NCBI GenBank assembly: GCA_050273025.1
Contig: CP158636.1
Coordinates: 1,674,001-1,738,000 of the forward strand
Source of the DNA: Cenococcum geophilum
Taxonomy: Eukaryota
DNA length: 64,000 nt
Reading direction: 5' to 3'
Shown in pieces: positions 40,580 to 51,744 of this stretch; the stretch's first letter is position 1, and each line of letters starts with the position of its first letter. The translations under genes and the position numbers were made by a program. The notes under the pieces are model-generated. The model was given only the letters and a program-made list of their open reading frames with translations. It had not been told where the DNA came from and did not search any database.

Positions 40580-43500
40580 CTATAGATTATATAGATTATA
40601 TTATATAACCTTAGTTACCATTCCTCGTCACATAGTTCTATCAGCTCTATCCTAGACCGTGCTTAGATTAACTAACTAGCTTCTTCCAACTCTTCCCTAA
40701 GTAGTTGTAATATCGTACTTAAAGCGTCCGTAATATAATTAGTCACCCTTATAGTAACTTATCAGCCCCCTACTTAGGCACCGCGATTCTTACGATCCTC
40801 TGCTTTCTATACCTATTAGACAAGAATTAATTTAACAGTTAATAGGCCAATTAAGTGCACTTAGGTAATACCGACATTGATTAATGGTTAACCTCACTGG
40901 TTGGCTATAGAGCAACAAGGTTTACTGCCGCCCTAGCAGCTTCGATTAAAAGCAGCAATCTAATACCTAGCAGCAAAAACTATACTAGCAGCTTAGGCAG
41001 CATCTAACCCCAGCCAGCTTAGAATATACGACAAATACGCAACGTATAAGACATTCTATAGCAGCAAATCAACCCCCAGTACGACCTCTTCACTAAGCGC
41101 TGTACCCCCAGCTTAACAGCATCAACCCCCAGTACGACCTCTTCACTAAGTGCCGTACCCCCAGCTCAATAGCACCAAACGTCCAACAACCCTCGGGCAG
41201 TACCCCAGCAGCTACCTCAGCAGCTACCCCAGCAGTACTACGGCAGCGCTCTAGCCGTACACAGCACACCAGCTTTTACAGCACCCAACATCCAACTACC
41301 CAACTGCTTTACGCAGTACCCCAGCGTAGCTACGCAACTCAGCAGCAAACCAACCCCTAGTACGCGTCTTAGCATACAAACCAACATCCAACAGCCTCGC
41401 GCAGTACTCCAGCGTTACAGCAACCCAGCAGCGTCAGCAGCACCCAATACCCAATAATCCAGCAGCTAACTCAGCAGCAAACCATCACCTAGCAGCGTCA
41501 GCGGCACCCAATATCCAACAATCTAGCAGCTTCGCCAGCATCCAATAACCCAGCAGCGTTAGCAGCACCCAGTACCTACCTATAATCTCGACACCGTTTG
41601 CTACCCCCCTTGCAGATCTGCCACGTCGAAAACTACGCCAATAACGCGCCCCAAACGCCAGCGCGTCCCTTTCCCTCCTACGGCCTTTGCAAGCCACAAA
41701 TACCACGTCAACAGAGTATACATTGGTGGTTTTACGCACAAGGAAAGAACCGCCAGAGGAATTGAGACCTGCCAGCACGCGTCTACAACGCCAACGCGCT
41801 CTTTAAACATTTGCTAGATTGTCAACCATTTCAATATACTAAGTGCGGATCTATATTCCCTTTAAATACTACTCTCCATAAGCATGTTCGGGGATATCGT
41901 CATCCAAAAAATATAAATAGGAATTTGGATACGGACCAAGCTTCGCTGGAATAGCAGTTTTACGTATAAAGAAAAGAACTGCCAGTGTCTGCGGCTGCTA
42001 TACCAATACGCCTACGAACACGAACCGACAAGACACCGTACTAATACGCCCGCGAACCAACCCTGCACTGGCACCGTACTGCCATATACTATAGACAAAC
42101 TGATAGCGCCGCTATGCCTGCTATTACGATACTAATCGCGCTAATACGCCTGCGATCTACCGACCAAATAATCGTGCCTATACGCCTATGATTAACCGAC
42201 CGACTAATAGACAAGCTCTATACTTAACCACTATCACTACCGCTGCTGGTACCGTACTACCACCCGAACAGACTATTGCTGCTTCCACCTCCAGCTAAAC
42301 CGACACCTTGCTGCCTTACTGCCTTGCTGCCTTACTGCCTTCCTATAGCGCCATAAGCATAAAGAAAGAACTGCCAGTGTCGGAATATATGGACAGGAAT
42401 ATATGGACAGGTTACGTAGTCACGTGTCTCTGATTAGTCACCCTTATAGTGACTTATTAGCCCCCTACTTAGGCACCGCGGTCCTTACGATCCTCTGCTT
42501 TCTATACCTATTAGATAAGAATTAATTCAACAGTTAATAGGCCAATTAAGTGCACTTAGGTGATACCAACACTTACTAAGCCCTAGATTTTATAAATAAT
42601 ATACTCCTCCTAAAGTCTTAATACTAAGCCTATTACTCTATTATATCCTTATATTATTCCTCTATAGAATTCTTTAATAAATTCCTCTGCTATTCCCCTT
42701 AGGATATATATATTTATTCTCTATTTATACTAGTCCGCTTTTAAATCCTTAAATTATACCTTTTAAATTCTTCTTATTTAATTACTTTCTAGTAGCTTAT
42801 GCTTTTAAATTACTATAATCTTAGGATAATTATACCTAATTAATCTATTACTATCCCTACGTAGTATTGCTCCTAATAGTTTTTTATTATTCTATAGTTT
42901 AGCTTTTCTACTTAATATATTAGCTCTTATATTCTTAGTGTCCTTAGTATACTAAATTTTAAAATAGTATTTTATAAATATCTCTACCTATCTAATCTAT
43001 TTTTAATTAAGTTCCTTTATTATTAGGAACCCTATTAGGTTCTTATAATTTATTTTAACTATAAATAGTTTCTTTATACCTTATAAGAATACTTTTTATT
43101 TCTTAAGTACTATAACTATACCTAATAACTCCTTATTATAGATATTATAGTTTAACTCCAGTAGTATTATCTTCTAACTATAGTATACTACTAAATACTA
43201 TATATTTTTATACTTTTATAGCAAATATACTCCTAGTATAAAGTCTAATATATCTATTTTTATAACTATCTCTAATCCTAGTTAATAGATTTTAAGGATT
43301 AATTCCTAGGTAAATAGCTCCTTAAGTTTCTTAAATAACTTTTTTTACTTATTTCCCTAAACTTATAGTTCCTCTTTCTTTATAAGCCTAGTAAAGGTTT
43401 AATATTCTTTAATTATTACTATAAATCTCTATAGTAGTTGCAAAACCCTAAGAATAACCTTAACTATATTACGTTCTCTAGTTCTTACTAACTTACTATA

Positions 43501-44265
43501 GCTTTAATCTTCTTTAAGTCTATACTAATATAACCTAGTTTAATAATAAATTTAATAAAATCTATCTTCCTTATAAAGAACTCGCATTTTTTAATTACTA
43601 CTAGTATTTATTCCTTTTATAGTCTTTTTAAAACCTATTTAATGTATTCCCTATACTCTTCTTTAATTATTAAGTAGATAATAATATTATTAAGATATAC
43701 TATAATAAACTTATTAAGGTGTTCTTCTAATATACTATTAATTTACTTTTAAAATGTTGCTAGTATATTTATAAGTCTAAATTATATAACTAATAGTTTA
43801 TATAGTCCTTTCTTTAACCTAAAGGCTGCCTTTTATTTATTACTTTCCTTAATCCTAATCTAATAGTACGCCTATCTTAGATCTATCTTTATAAAGATTT
43901 GCGTATTACCTATTTAATACTAAATTTTACTAATTAAGGGTAAAGAATACCTATCCTTTCTAGCAATGCTATTTAACTATTTATAGTTAATATATAGCCT
44001 AAGTTTTCTATTTTTCTTTAGTACGAATATTACTAGATACCCTACTAATAACTATAATAGTCTAATACATCCCTTTCGTAGGTTTTCTTAAATAAACTCC
44101 TTAAGTGCTCTTAACTCTTCTTTAGTTAGCTTATAGATTAGAAAGAACTTTAAACTTATTTTTAGTTCTAATTCTATTTTATAGTCCTATACTATATACT
44201 TTAATAGCTTTTTACTTTCTAGGCTTTATAACCTTTTACTATACTTATAGTATCTCTTTAGTATA

Positions 44266-44693
44266 ACGTACTTTATAAGCGAGTCGCGTATATAAGGGAG
44301 TCGCGCACTACAAAACCCCACCAAAATCGCGATTTTTTGACCCTAGTAAAATCAACTAATTCTTAATAATAATTAATGCAAATTTAATAGCGGCCTATTA
44401 ATGTAATAACTAACTTATATTAGAAGTATTGGAAATCTTATATAAGCGGAAGTAGGTTAAATAGAAAAAGTGAGCTAATTCCGCCCCTACTTTCTTATTT
44501 AACCTACTTCCGCTTATATAAGATTTCCAATACTTCTAATATAAGTTAGCTATTACATTAATAGGCCGCTATTAAATTTGCATTAATTATTATTAAGAAT
44601 TAGTTGATTTTACTAGGGTCAAAAAATCGCGATTTTGGTGGGGTTTTGTAGTGCGCGACTCCCTTATATACGCGACTTGCTTATAAAGTACGT
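44266..44693. mobile_element. Palindromic pogo/Fot1-type MITE (198-bp arms, 32-bp spacer)
   Basis: TA|ACGTACTTTATAAGCGAGTCGCG ... CGCGACTTGCTTATAAAGTACGT|TA. Arms 44266-44463 and 44496-44693 are near-perfect reverse complements. Repeated ATAAG(C/G)GAGTCGCG motifs occur in each terminus. Confidence 0.88.
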
Positions 44694-44996
44694 TATAGGA
44701 TAACCCTTTTTTAGTTTCCTTATATATCGCTCTAACTTAGTTACTATACACTTCTTATATTATTAAGTACCTCTAATATTAACTTAACCTATAACCTAAT
44801 TAATCTTTAGATTATATTCCTATAATTAAGGTATACTTAATACTGCCTTATTCCGTCCTAATAGTAGGATATTAAAAGATATCTTAATTCGTCTCCCTTT
44901 AATAGTTATTTAAATAGGTTCTATTTTAAGGTTAATAATACCTCCTCTATAAGCTATTAGATCTTCTAAAATTATAACTAATAAATAAGAGTGCTC

Positions 44997-46290
44997 TAAG
45001 AAGAACTTATAAATATTAAAAATATTAAACGGGGAAGATATAGACCCCATAGCCATTAATACTCCGGCTCTTAAACGGACTTTATTACGGCGTTCTATAG
45101 CCCTATTAGAAGTAGGGACAGAACAAACCTAACGCTCTTCTAATACTACTACTATCTACCACTATAAGAATCTTACGGCTGTTAAGATTTATATATACGC
45201 TAAGCCGCCTAACTATATCTAAGCCGCTATTAACCGCATTATTAATACTAAAGTCTCTAAGGAGCGCTAATCCGAACTCCGCGTTATAGCCTAAGAACTC
45301 CACAATAGCTGCTTTAAAAATGTCAGGGCTTAGGCTAGCAAGGATAATTTTATTAATCCACTCTATGCTACTATTAAGGCTCTATATCTTAAGAACCTCT
45401 ATACCTATAAAAAAGCCAACTAGCGAGGGGAGCTTAAGCCAGTAGTCCCCTAGTAGTCGTATTTTAGTTCGAGCTTTATATCAGGTATCTAGCAACTAGA
45501 GGTTAACAACGTCTTAGCTCTACCGCGGAAGTGCCAGCAGCAGTCTGCTAGTAAGCCCTATATGTCCCCCAAATCCTTAGTAACTAACACACCCATTTAT
45601 ACGCCAGCTAACGATTCCTAGGAATTAAGCATAATGCCTACTCCGGCCCCTCCAGGATCCTCAATTAAAACCCCCCGTCCCGACATCTTAATAGGTATAT
45701 AACTTACGGCTCTCATCTCTGCTCTCTTTTTGTAAAATCTTAACAAGGTTAAGGCCAGGATATTCCTTATATAGCTATAGAACGAGATAGTGCAGCATAA
45801 GCCAGACGGGCCGCTTAAACTAATACTAATCCTAATACCCGCCCTACGCACCTTAGATCTCACCTTCCTATTTATAGTTATTAAGGGCAAGGCATACTTA
45901 ACTAACAAATAAATCTTTAAGGTAGAGAACCAAGCTTTAGTTTCCGGGGCTTATAGACTTAAGATATAGCTTAATCTTAATAACCTAGTAAATTACAGTG
46001 CAATAAGTTCCGATACTCTGCCCATAACCTTAAACACTAAACCCTTGCTCTTCTTTACTATCTACACCTAAGGCCCCATCTACGAGCTCTAGGCCCACTG
46101 GACTGTTATTAAAGATAGTTTACGCATGTTCGGATTAAAGCTTTTAGACAGTTATAATGCGCTATTACTAGAGCAAGGGGAGGACTTTATAGTTAAACTC
46201 AATAATATCGGCCTTTAGGGTTTAGGGCCGTTTATAAAATCAGTAGTAGAGTGTCTAGGGATAGTGGCAGGGAAGGCAAAGGTTAAGTAA
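44997..46290 (+). pseudogene. RIP-destroyed, 5'-truncated fungal PD-(D/E)XK nuclease-like gene (DUF7924-like)
   Basis: Plus-strand translation gives ..YKNLTAVKIY..KPP..I*AAINRII.., TPRPDILIG (~45670), TFLFIVIKGKAY..IFKVENQALVSGAY (= FPF.V.EGK..EAENQA.VSGAC, ~45860-45955) and LFFTIYT*GPIYEL*AHW. Probable intron GTAACT..GCTAAC..TAG at ~45580-45621. Family name is from recall. Confidence 0.6.
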
Positions 46291-48426
46291 TTCAATATCT
46301 AGCGTTAGATGGGTTTCCAGTGTTTTCTATTAACTTAATTATATGTGAAAGTGTAGGCATTACTAAAAAAAAAAAAAGGGTTTCGCTAACAAAACGCACA
46401 CTCACCGCCCATTGGTTGGCCCCAAAAATGCGAGCCTCTGTACAGCCCAAATAACAGACAACTAGACACACTCTGCGATAGGGAAAAAAGCTCCGCAACA
46501 TTTAGGATTTAACAACTATTCAATTCGCAGTCGGTTTAAGAGGCTATTGAAGGCACGCGGATTAACCAGTACCTCCTAGTGTTCACCATCACCATTATCC
46601 TCTTCCTTCCGCTGACATTTGTGACGGTAAGTTATCGAGCTTATTCACAACCCGTACTCAGCGTAGTCGATAAGCGAGCGCAGAGTGCTCGACAAGCAGT
46701 AATCGGCAAGATTAATTCCCGAACAAGACAGAAAAGGGCCCTCGCGAAACTTCCTGCACCTTGCACACTTAAATAGGAAATATTAGCGAATCAACCCTGC
46801 CAATCACTGCTCGTCGAGCTCGCTCATTGCCCACGCTGCCCGTACTCAGAACCACTACTAACCTCACGGCGTTAGCCATTCTAACGTCTATCCCTACGTA
46901 GCGGGACGCACACCGTGACGGGACGCCGAAAATGTTTCTCAACACAACAAACTCAGCAATAAACTTAGCGAATAGATATTCTCGGAATAACAGCCTTTAA
47001 ACTAGAAAATGCATTTAGTCTTAATATCTTTTAAAAATAACCTCTGCTTACCGTAAAATATAATAATTAGCTTTAAGCGTTACACTACTACCTTACTCTA
47101 AATAACCGTAGGGGTGCTAAAAATTAATATATCTAACTAAAAACCTATTATATTATAGCTTATTATATAGTAATCTAATTCTAAGCGTAATAGTAGAATT
47201 TAAGACGCTATTATGTTTCTATACTAATTTATAGTTTATTAACTAAAATTAATAAATAAGGGAAATCCGTATATCTAGCTTAAAGTAGCCTAGCTATTCT
47301 TTATTTATAATAACTTTTAAGCTTATTATTATTTAGAACCTTTACTAAGGGCTTAAATACTATAGCCCTAGATTAGGAGTAGGTTAAGGTTTTAAAGGGC
47401 CCCGCTAAGGTTAATTAACGCATTTAGTATTAAAACTATAGTTAGCTACCAATATAGCTATTATATACCTTTAAAATACGGTTTAGTGTTTAATTATATA
47501 TCCCTTAATAGCTTCCGTAATATAGTAATATACTATTATATCGCCCTTATACTTAGAAACCCGCTATTAAGCCCTTTACTATATCCTTATACTTCTTAAG
47601 CCTTTTATAACTAATTCCTATACTAAAAACCAGCCAATATCTAGCCTTTACTTATTAGAGGTATATAATAGGATATAAGACTTTAGGCTAAGATAGGGTG
47701 CGTAGGCCTTAAATATAGTAGGCATAGTAGTAGATAATAGAGATTAGTATAATAGGAAGCACTAAGATTGGAACCTGCGCTCCAGTGAGTGGGTTAAGTA
47801 TTACTATTAGAATGCCGTTATTATAAGCATATTAGCTCTATATATTTTAGTAATATAGCTATTATACGGTTATATAACGAACGGCCTCTTATATAGCACT
47901 GCAATCACTAGTACTATAGAGAGGTGCTTAAGATAACCTCCAAGGGTAATAAAGAGTTTGGATACGTAGAGGTTTATAAGGGTTAGGTAAGGTAGACCGG
48001 AGCTTAAGTATAGCGCGACTGGATGTCTTATATTTGTTTCTCTCCCAATTGCCACTCAGACGCAGACGTTCATGGTAAGGGTATGGCAGGTGCGGGTCGG
48101 CTACCTAGCGGTGGCAACTTACGGAGGTTATCTCCCCATGTTGTGAGTAAGTGCATTGTGGCGCTGTTGCCACTACTTCCGACCTCGAGGTCTGGCCTTA
48201 TGATATCGCTGACTACACTTTTGCCTCGTTGCCTCATTGCCTTAGCCTTGGAAGAAACCTCACCCCGCCGTACTACGTGCCTACGTAGGCGCATTGCCCA
48301 ACTCTGAACTCTACAACCCACTTTCACGCAGTCGTGCTATTGTACTCTGCAATAAAATTCCTCTATTAATTTCTCTGATATAAACCACTTTTCTTTATTA
48401 AAGACTCGTGTATAGCACGAAGCACA

Positions 48427-49113
48427 ATGCGGCTCTTAAATAAAGTGGGAAATGTTTTTTGCCTGACTGAATTCCACGATGATACAGTTCCGCCTTACGC
48501 TATTCTTTCCTATACATGGGGAGCGGATGACACAGAAGTTACTTTTGAGGACCTTATAGGGGGTACGGATGAGAGCAAAGGCGGTTACGCAAAGATAGAT
48601 TTCTGTGTAAAGCAAGCTGCTAGGGACGGTCTACAATACTTCTAGGTTGACACATGCTGTATCAATAAACCAAACCACACCGAACTCCAGGAAGCTATTA
48701 ACTCTATGTTTCGCTGGTACCAAAGAGCAGCTAAATGCTACGTATATCTTTTAGACGTCTCTGCTAGTACGTCTAATCAGGATAAGTTATTATGCCGGCC
48801 ACCATCAAAACTATCTCTCGGAGGCGGTAGATGGTTTACTCGGGGCTGGACACTTCAAGAACTTATAGCGCCTACATCAGTTGAATTTTTCTCCGTAGAG
48901 GGTGAGCGACTTGGTGACAAGAAATTACTGGAGAATACTCTTTCCGAAATCACGGGAATCCCCGCTCATACGCTCCAAGGCCGTCCGTTGTCTTACTTTA
49001 GTATTCACGAGCGCATGTCATGGGCAGCAAAGCGCGAAACGAAACGCGAAGAAGATATGGCATATTCTCTATTAGGTATCTTCAGCATTCACATGCCGTT
49101 AATTTATGGAGAG
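48427..49113 (+). pseudogene. HET-domain (HET-E/D-like N-terminus) pseudogene with in-frame stop and 3' truncation
   Basis: MRLL..PPYAILSYTWG..EVTFEDL..GYAKI.FC..QAARDGLQYF*VDTCCINK..ELQEAINSMFRWY..A.KCYVYL.DV..WFTRGWTLQELIAP.SVEFFS..ERMSWAAKRETKREED.AYSLLGIF.IHMPLIYGE. TGG->TAG at 48643-48645. Family homology stops abruptly after LIYGE. Confidence 0.9.
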
Positions 49114-49938
49114 ATCATGGTGTGCGACATGCAGGCACCGGGCAGCGGGCCGTGCTTGGACTCGCCTCAACCAACAACAAGCAAGTTCGCCTCCGTCAAC
49201 AGTCGCTCACTTGCATTGCTTGTTTTTGTTTTAGCGTTGCGTCCTTCAGACAGAGGAAGGGGAACACCGTCCCAAACTTTGGTGGCAGAGACATTACTGT
49301 GGACGAAGAAGAAGATGATGATGATGATTGTGATGATTCTCTGGAGTAGTAGTGGAGTTCTCGCCATCAATGCAAGCCATAATCACTGCCCATTCGTAGC
49401 CTAATGACTGGAATACAGTTACAGTATAGACTGGTTACAACGAAGTAATTTTGGCAATGACTTCAATTCGTTATAACAAGGATTCGTAGCCTAATAAGGT
49501 TAGCGCGCGTGAAGACTACGAATTTTAGGCAGTAATCACGTGTGGCTTTTATTACACGAAAAACGTTATTTTGTAAGCCCTAACTATTTAGGATTTTAAA
49601 GTTCTTTAAGCTTATTATAATAAATTTTATATAGAAGCTCAATCTACGAATTACGGTATAGAAAATAAAGTAAATTTTATATAAGGTTTTGATCTTAGCA
49701 AGGTGTTTAGTTCGTAATAACCCGAATTTCGCTATAGCGAGGTACGTTACAGCGATGTTATACTGTATCTCGGAACACAATTGATTCTTGCATTACGAGC
49801 TAACTGGTTTCTTTTCTCTCGGAGCATGGGTATCTTTGAGGAGAATGCCTCCTCGATACTTCCAATAGTCTTGAACATCCCATCGTGTGTATGCTCACCG
49901 TGAACCCCGTCCTACACATCTCAGGCATGTCCAAATCA

Positions 49939-51744
49939 TCACACGGTGCAGCTCTCCAAGTCCTTGACCAGATCCCAGCAGAAGCTGTCCTGAGTCGAGA
50001 TTTCCGACTGGTTGAAATCCAATCCCTGGGTGTTGGAATTCAAGCCGTCGTCCAGACACCTCCGCACGACCGACTCGTACGTCTTGCCCGCCACGAATGC
50101 CAAAGACGGGTAGTGGAACTGCTCCAGCCTCAGTTTGAACGTCTCATACGTATACTTGGCTTTGAAAATGATTTTCAGCGGCATCCACAAGCCTATTTCA
50201 AGCAGAACGAGACCCAGGCTGTAGATATCGAATGCCCGTCGATACCGGACGGTGCCTTCTAGCACGAGCCTGTGTCGGTATATGTCCGTCTCTGCATCAG
50301 CAGGACGCTTGTCCGTCTCGGCTCGCAAGTCGTCCGGCCGAGCGTAGTCAAAGCCTGTGATCCACGCCTGGAGGGAATCTTCGGGAGAGACGTCGACCAC
50401 ACCGTCACCCCCGCTATCGCTGCTCTCCGCAGCGTTCGGGAGGAAGAAAAGTACGTTCTGACTGCAAAGCCCTTTGTGCAACCATCCACTCGCGTGGAGC
50501 TGCAACAAAGACCTGGCAATGCGTCTGGCAAGGGCAAATCGAGCGCCGAGATGCGGTCGGACCGCAAGCGGATTCGAAGCAGCCTTGACCAAGAGTTGTT
50601 GGAGGGTGACGGGAGCAGTGTTAGCATGGGGCAAGCTGTACACAAAGCCGTAGCGAGAGCGGACGTAGTCAGGGTAGAAGCCGATGCAATCGAGTGCCCC
50701 GTATGAGGACGGCTTGCGGGTCGCTGGGTGTAATAAACGAGCGAGATTCTCCACTCGGCTGTATAGTACGTGCGCGAAATCTTCGTCGACGTTTCTCTCG
50801 AATGTGCGCCATTCAATAAGGACTCGTCTCCGGCCAGGAGGGGCAGATGGCCCAGTGACCGTAGCGCTATAGAATCCTAACACTCGCCTGGCAGCTTCAG
50901 CCGTAGTTGCGGTGCTTTCTGCGCACCCGATTTCGATTTCTCCCTTGGTAATCTTGAGCATGGTGGAGGAGACGGTGCCGGTGAATGAGGGTGAGTTCCC
51001 GTCGGTGATGTTCAGGTTTCTGATGTTTGCGGCTTGGGCAAGTATGTCATAGCTGCCGGATGCAGCATCGAATATGGCACGCAGCGTGGAACCATCATCT
51101 GTCCGCAAAATCTCAGATGGCAAGGCGGCTTGCTGTAGGTACTGCCTGACTGGGAGCGGCAACACGTCATACAGGCTATCGTTGAAGTAGCGCAGCTCCG
51201 AGACGAGAAGCTCGAATTTGTCCTTGTCGGAGATTGCCCAGCTAACTTTTCTCCTCATGTTCCGACTCAAGGGAGGCGGCCTGCTGGAAGCCTCGTTGGT
51301 ATTGGAATCTCCTACGTTTGTATCGCTGGGCTGGCGCCTGGGCGAGGAGAGACCTGGACCAGAACATTGCTCGCTGTCGACAATCATCCTGTCCGCCTTG
51401 GAAGATATCTCCGAGGATTCTTGAATTCCATACTTGGTGCTCAGCTGGATTGAGTCCTGAAGCAGACGGTCCATCTGTACGAGGACATCCTTTACGATGT
51501 TGCGGAGGACCTCGAGCACTTCCAGTTCCTCAGCCACCTTCCCGTCATGAATCCCCCATCGTCGACCCCAGATGTGGAACCTAGCTTCTTGGATACGGAG
51601 CTTCATGAATAGCGTCGCGTAGGTCTTCTCGAGATCTCGTGCGTGGGTAAATCTCGCATAACCTTTCGAGCACGCCTCAACTAAGGTCGCGATACTGGCC
51701 AGCACGCCGATCCCGGCAACCGCGGCTCCCAATGCCTCTGCCAT
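49939..51744 (-). CDS. HeLo-domain + pseudokinase protein, 601 aa (MLKL-like architecture)
   Basis: Intact single-exon ORF with GC-balanced composition. N-terminal hydrophobic helix MAEALGAAVAGIGVLASIATLVEAC; HeLo motifs KLRIQEARFHIWG and KVSWAISDKDKFELLVSELRYFNDSLYDVLP. C-terminal kinase fold with VLIE (VAIK position), LHASGWLHKGLCSQNVLF (HRD position), ITGFDYAR (DFG position) and DIYSLGLVLLEIG. Confidence 0.92.
   Translation of the reverse strand: MAEALGAAVAGIGVLASIATLVEACSKGYARFTHARDLEKTYATLFMKLRIQEARFHIWGRRWGIHDGKVAEELEVLEVLRNIVKDVLVQMDRLLQDSIQLSTKYGIQESSEISSKADRMIVDSEQCSGPGLSSPRRQPSDTNVGDSNTNEASSRPPPLSRNMRRKVSWAISDKDKFELLVSELRYFNDSLYDVLPLPVRQYLQQAALPSEILRTDDGSTLRAIFDAASGSYDILAQAANIRNLNITDGNSPSFTGTVSSTMLKITKGEIEIGCAESTATTAEAARRVLGFYSATVTGPSAPPGRRRVLIEWRTFERNVDEDFAHVLYSRVENLARLLHPATRKPSSYGALDCIGFYPDYVRSRYGFVYSLPHANTAPVTLQQLLVKAASNPLAVRPHLGARFALARRIARSLLQLHASGWLHKGLCSQNVLFFLPNAAESSDSGGDGVVDVSPEDSLQAWITGFDYARPDDLRAETDKRPADAETDIYRHRLVLEGTVRYRRAFDIYSLGLVLLEIGLWMPLKIIFKAKYTYETFKLRLEQFHYPSLAFVAGKTYESVVRRCLDDGLNSNTQGLDFNQSEISTQDSFCWDLVKDLESCTV

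Larger units (their letters stand above)
24454..40735 (-). mobile_element. Full-length chromoviral Gypsy element D (B-family, reverse orientation), carrying F, G and a solo LTR
   Basis: LTRs at 24454-24877 and 40124-40735 are reverse complements of the B LTR family. TSD TGATT (24449-24453) / TAATT (40736-40740, RIP variant). PPT complement follows 24877. Chromodomain, INT, RH, RT, PR (LIDS motif ~31150) and gag are colinear with B. Confidence 0.9.
24396..42571 (+). mobile_element. Non-autonomous LTR element E (194-bp LTRs, ~1.5 kb internal region); its 5' LTR is split by element D
   Basis: TSD CTTAC at 24391-24395 and 42572-42576. 5' LTR = 24396-24453 + 40741-40876 (58+136=194 bp); 3' LTR at 42378-42571, preceded by AAAGAAAGAACTGCCAG. 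The internal region is CAG/CCCAG-rich with no pol motifs. Confidence 0.85.

Noticed and set aside
5870..40584. Three insertions share TSD CTATA/TATAG, suggesting target-site specificity
   Set aside because: RIP drives different 5-mers (e.g. TACGG/TATGG, CTGTA) to converge on TA-rich words, so the match is not evidence of preference.
8494..45908. Short ORF-track entries inside the TE nest (e.g. 8494, 10135, 15969, 16387, 33927, 36846, 40473, 41485, 45106, 45618)
   Set aside because: Antisense or chance frames in RIP-degraded elements. Only 8998-9261 and 16943-17143 are genuine TE protein remnants.
46300..48420. Possible additional gene(s) between the nuclease-like relic and HET
   Set aside because: Partly RIPed. 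I could not recover a recognisable protein in any frame.
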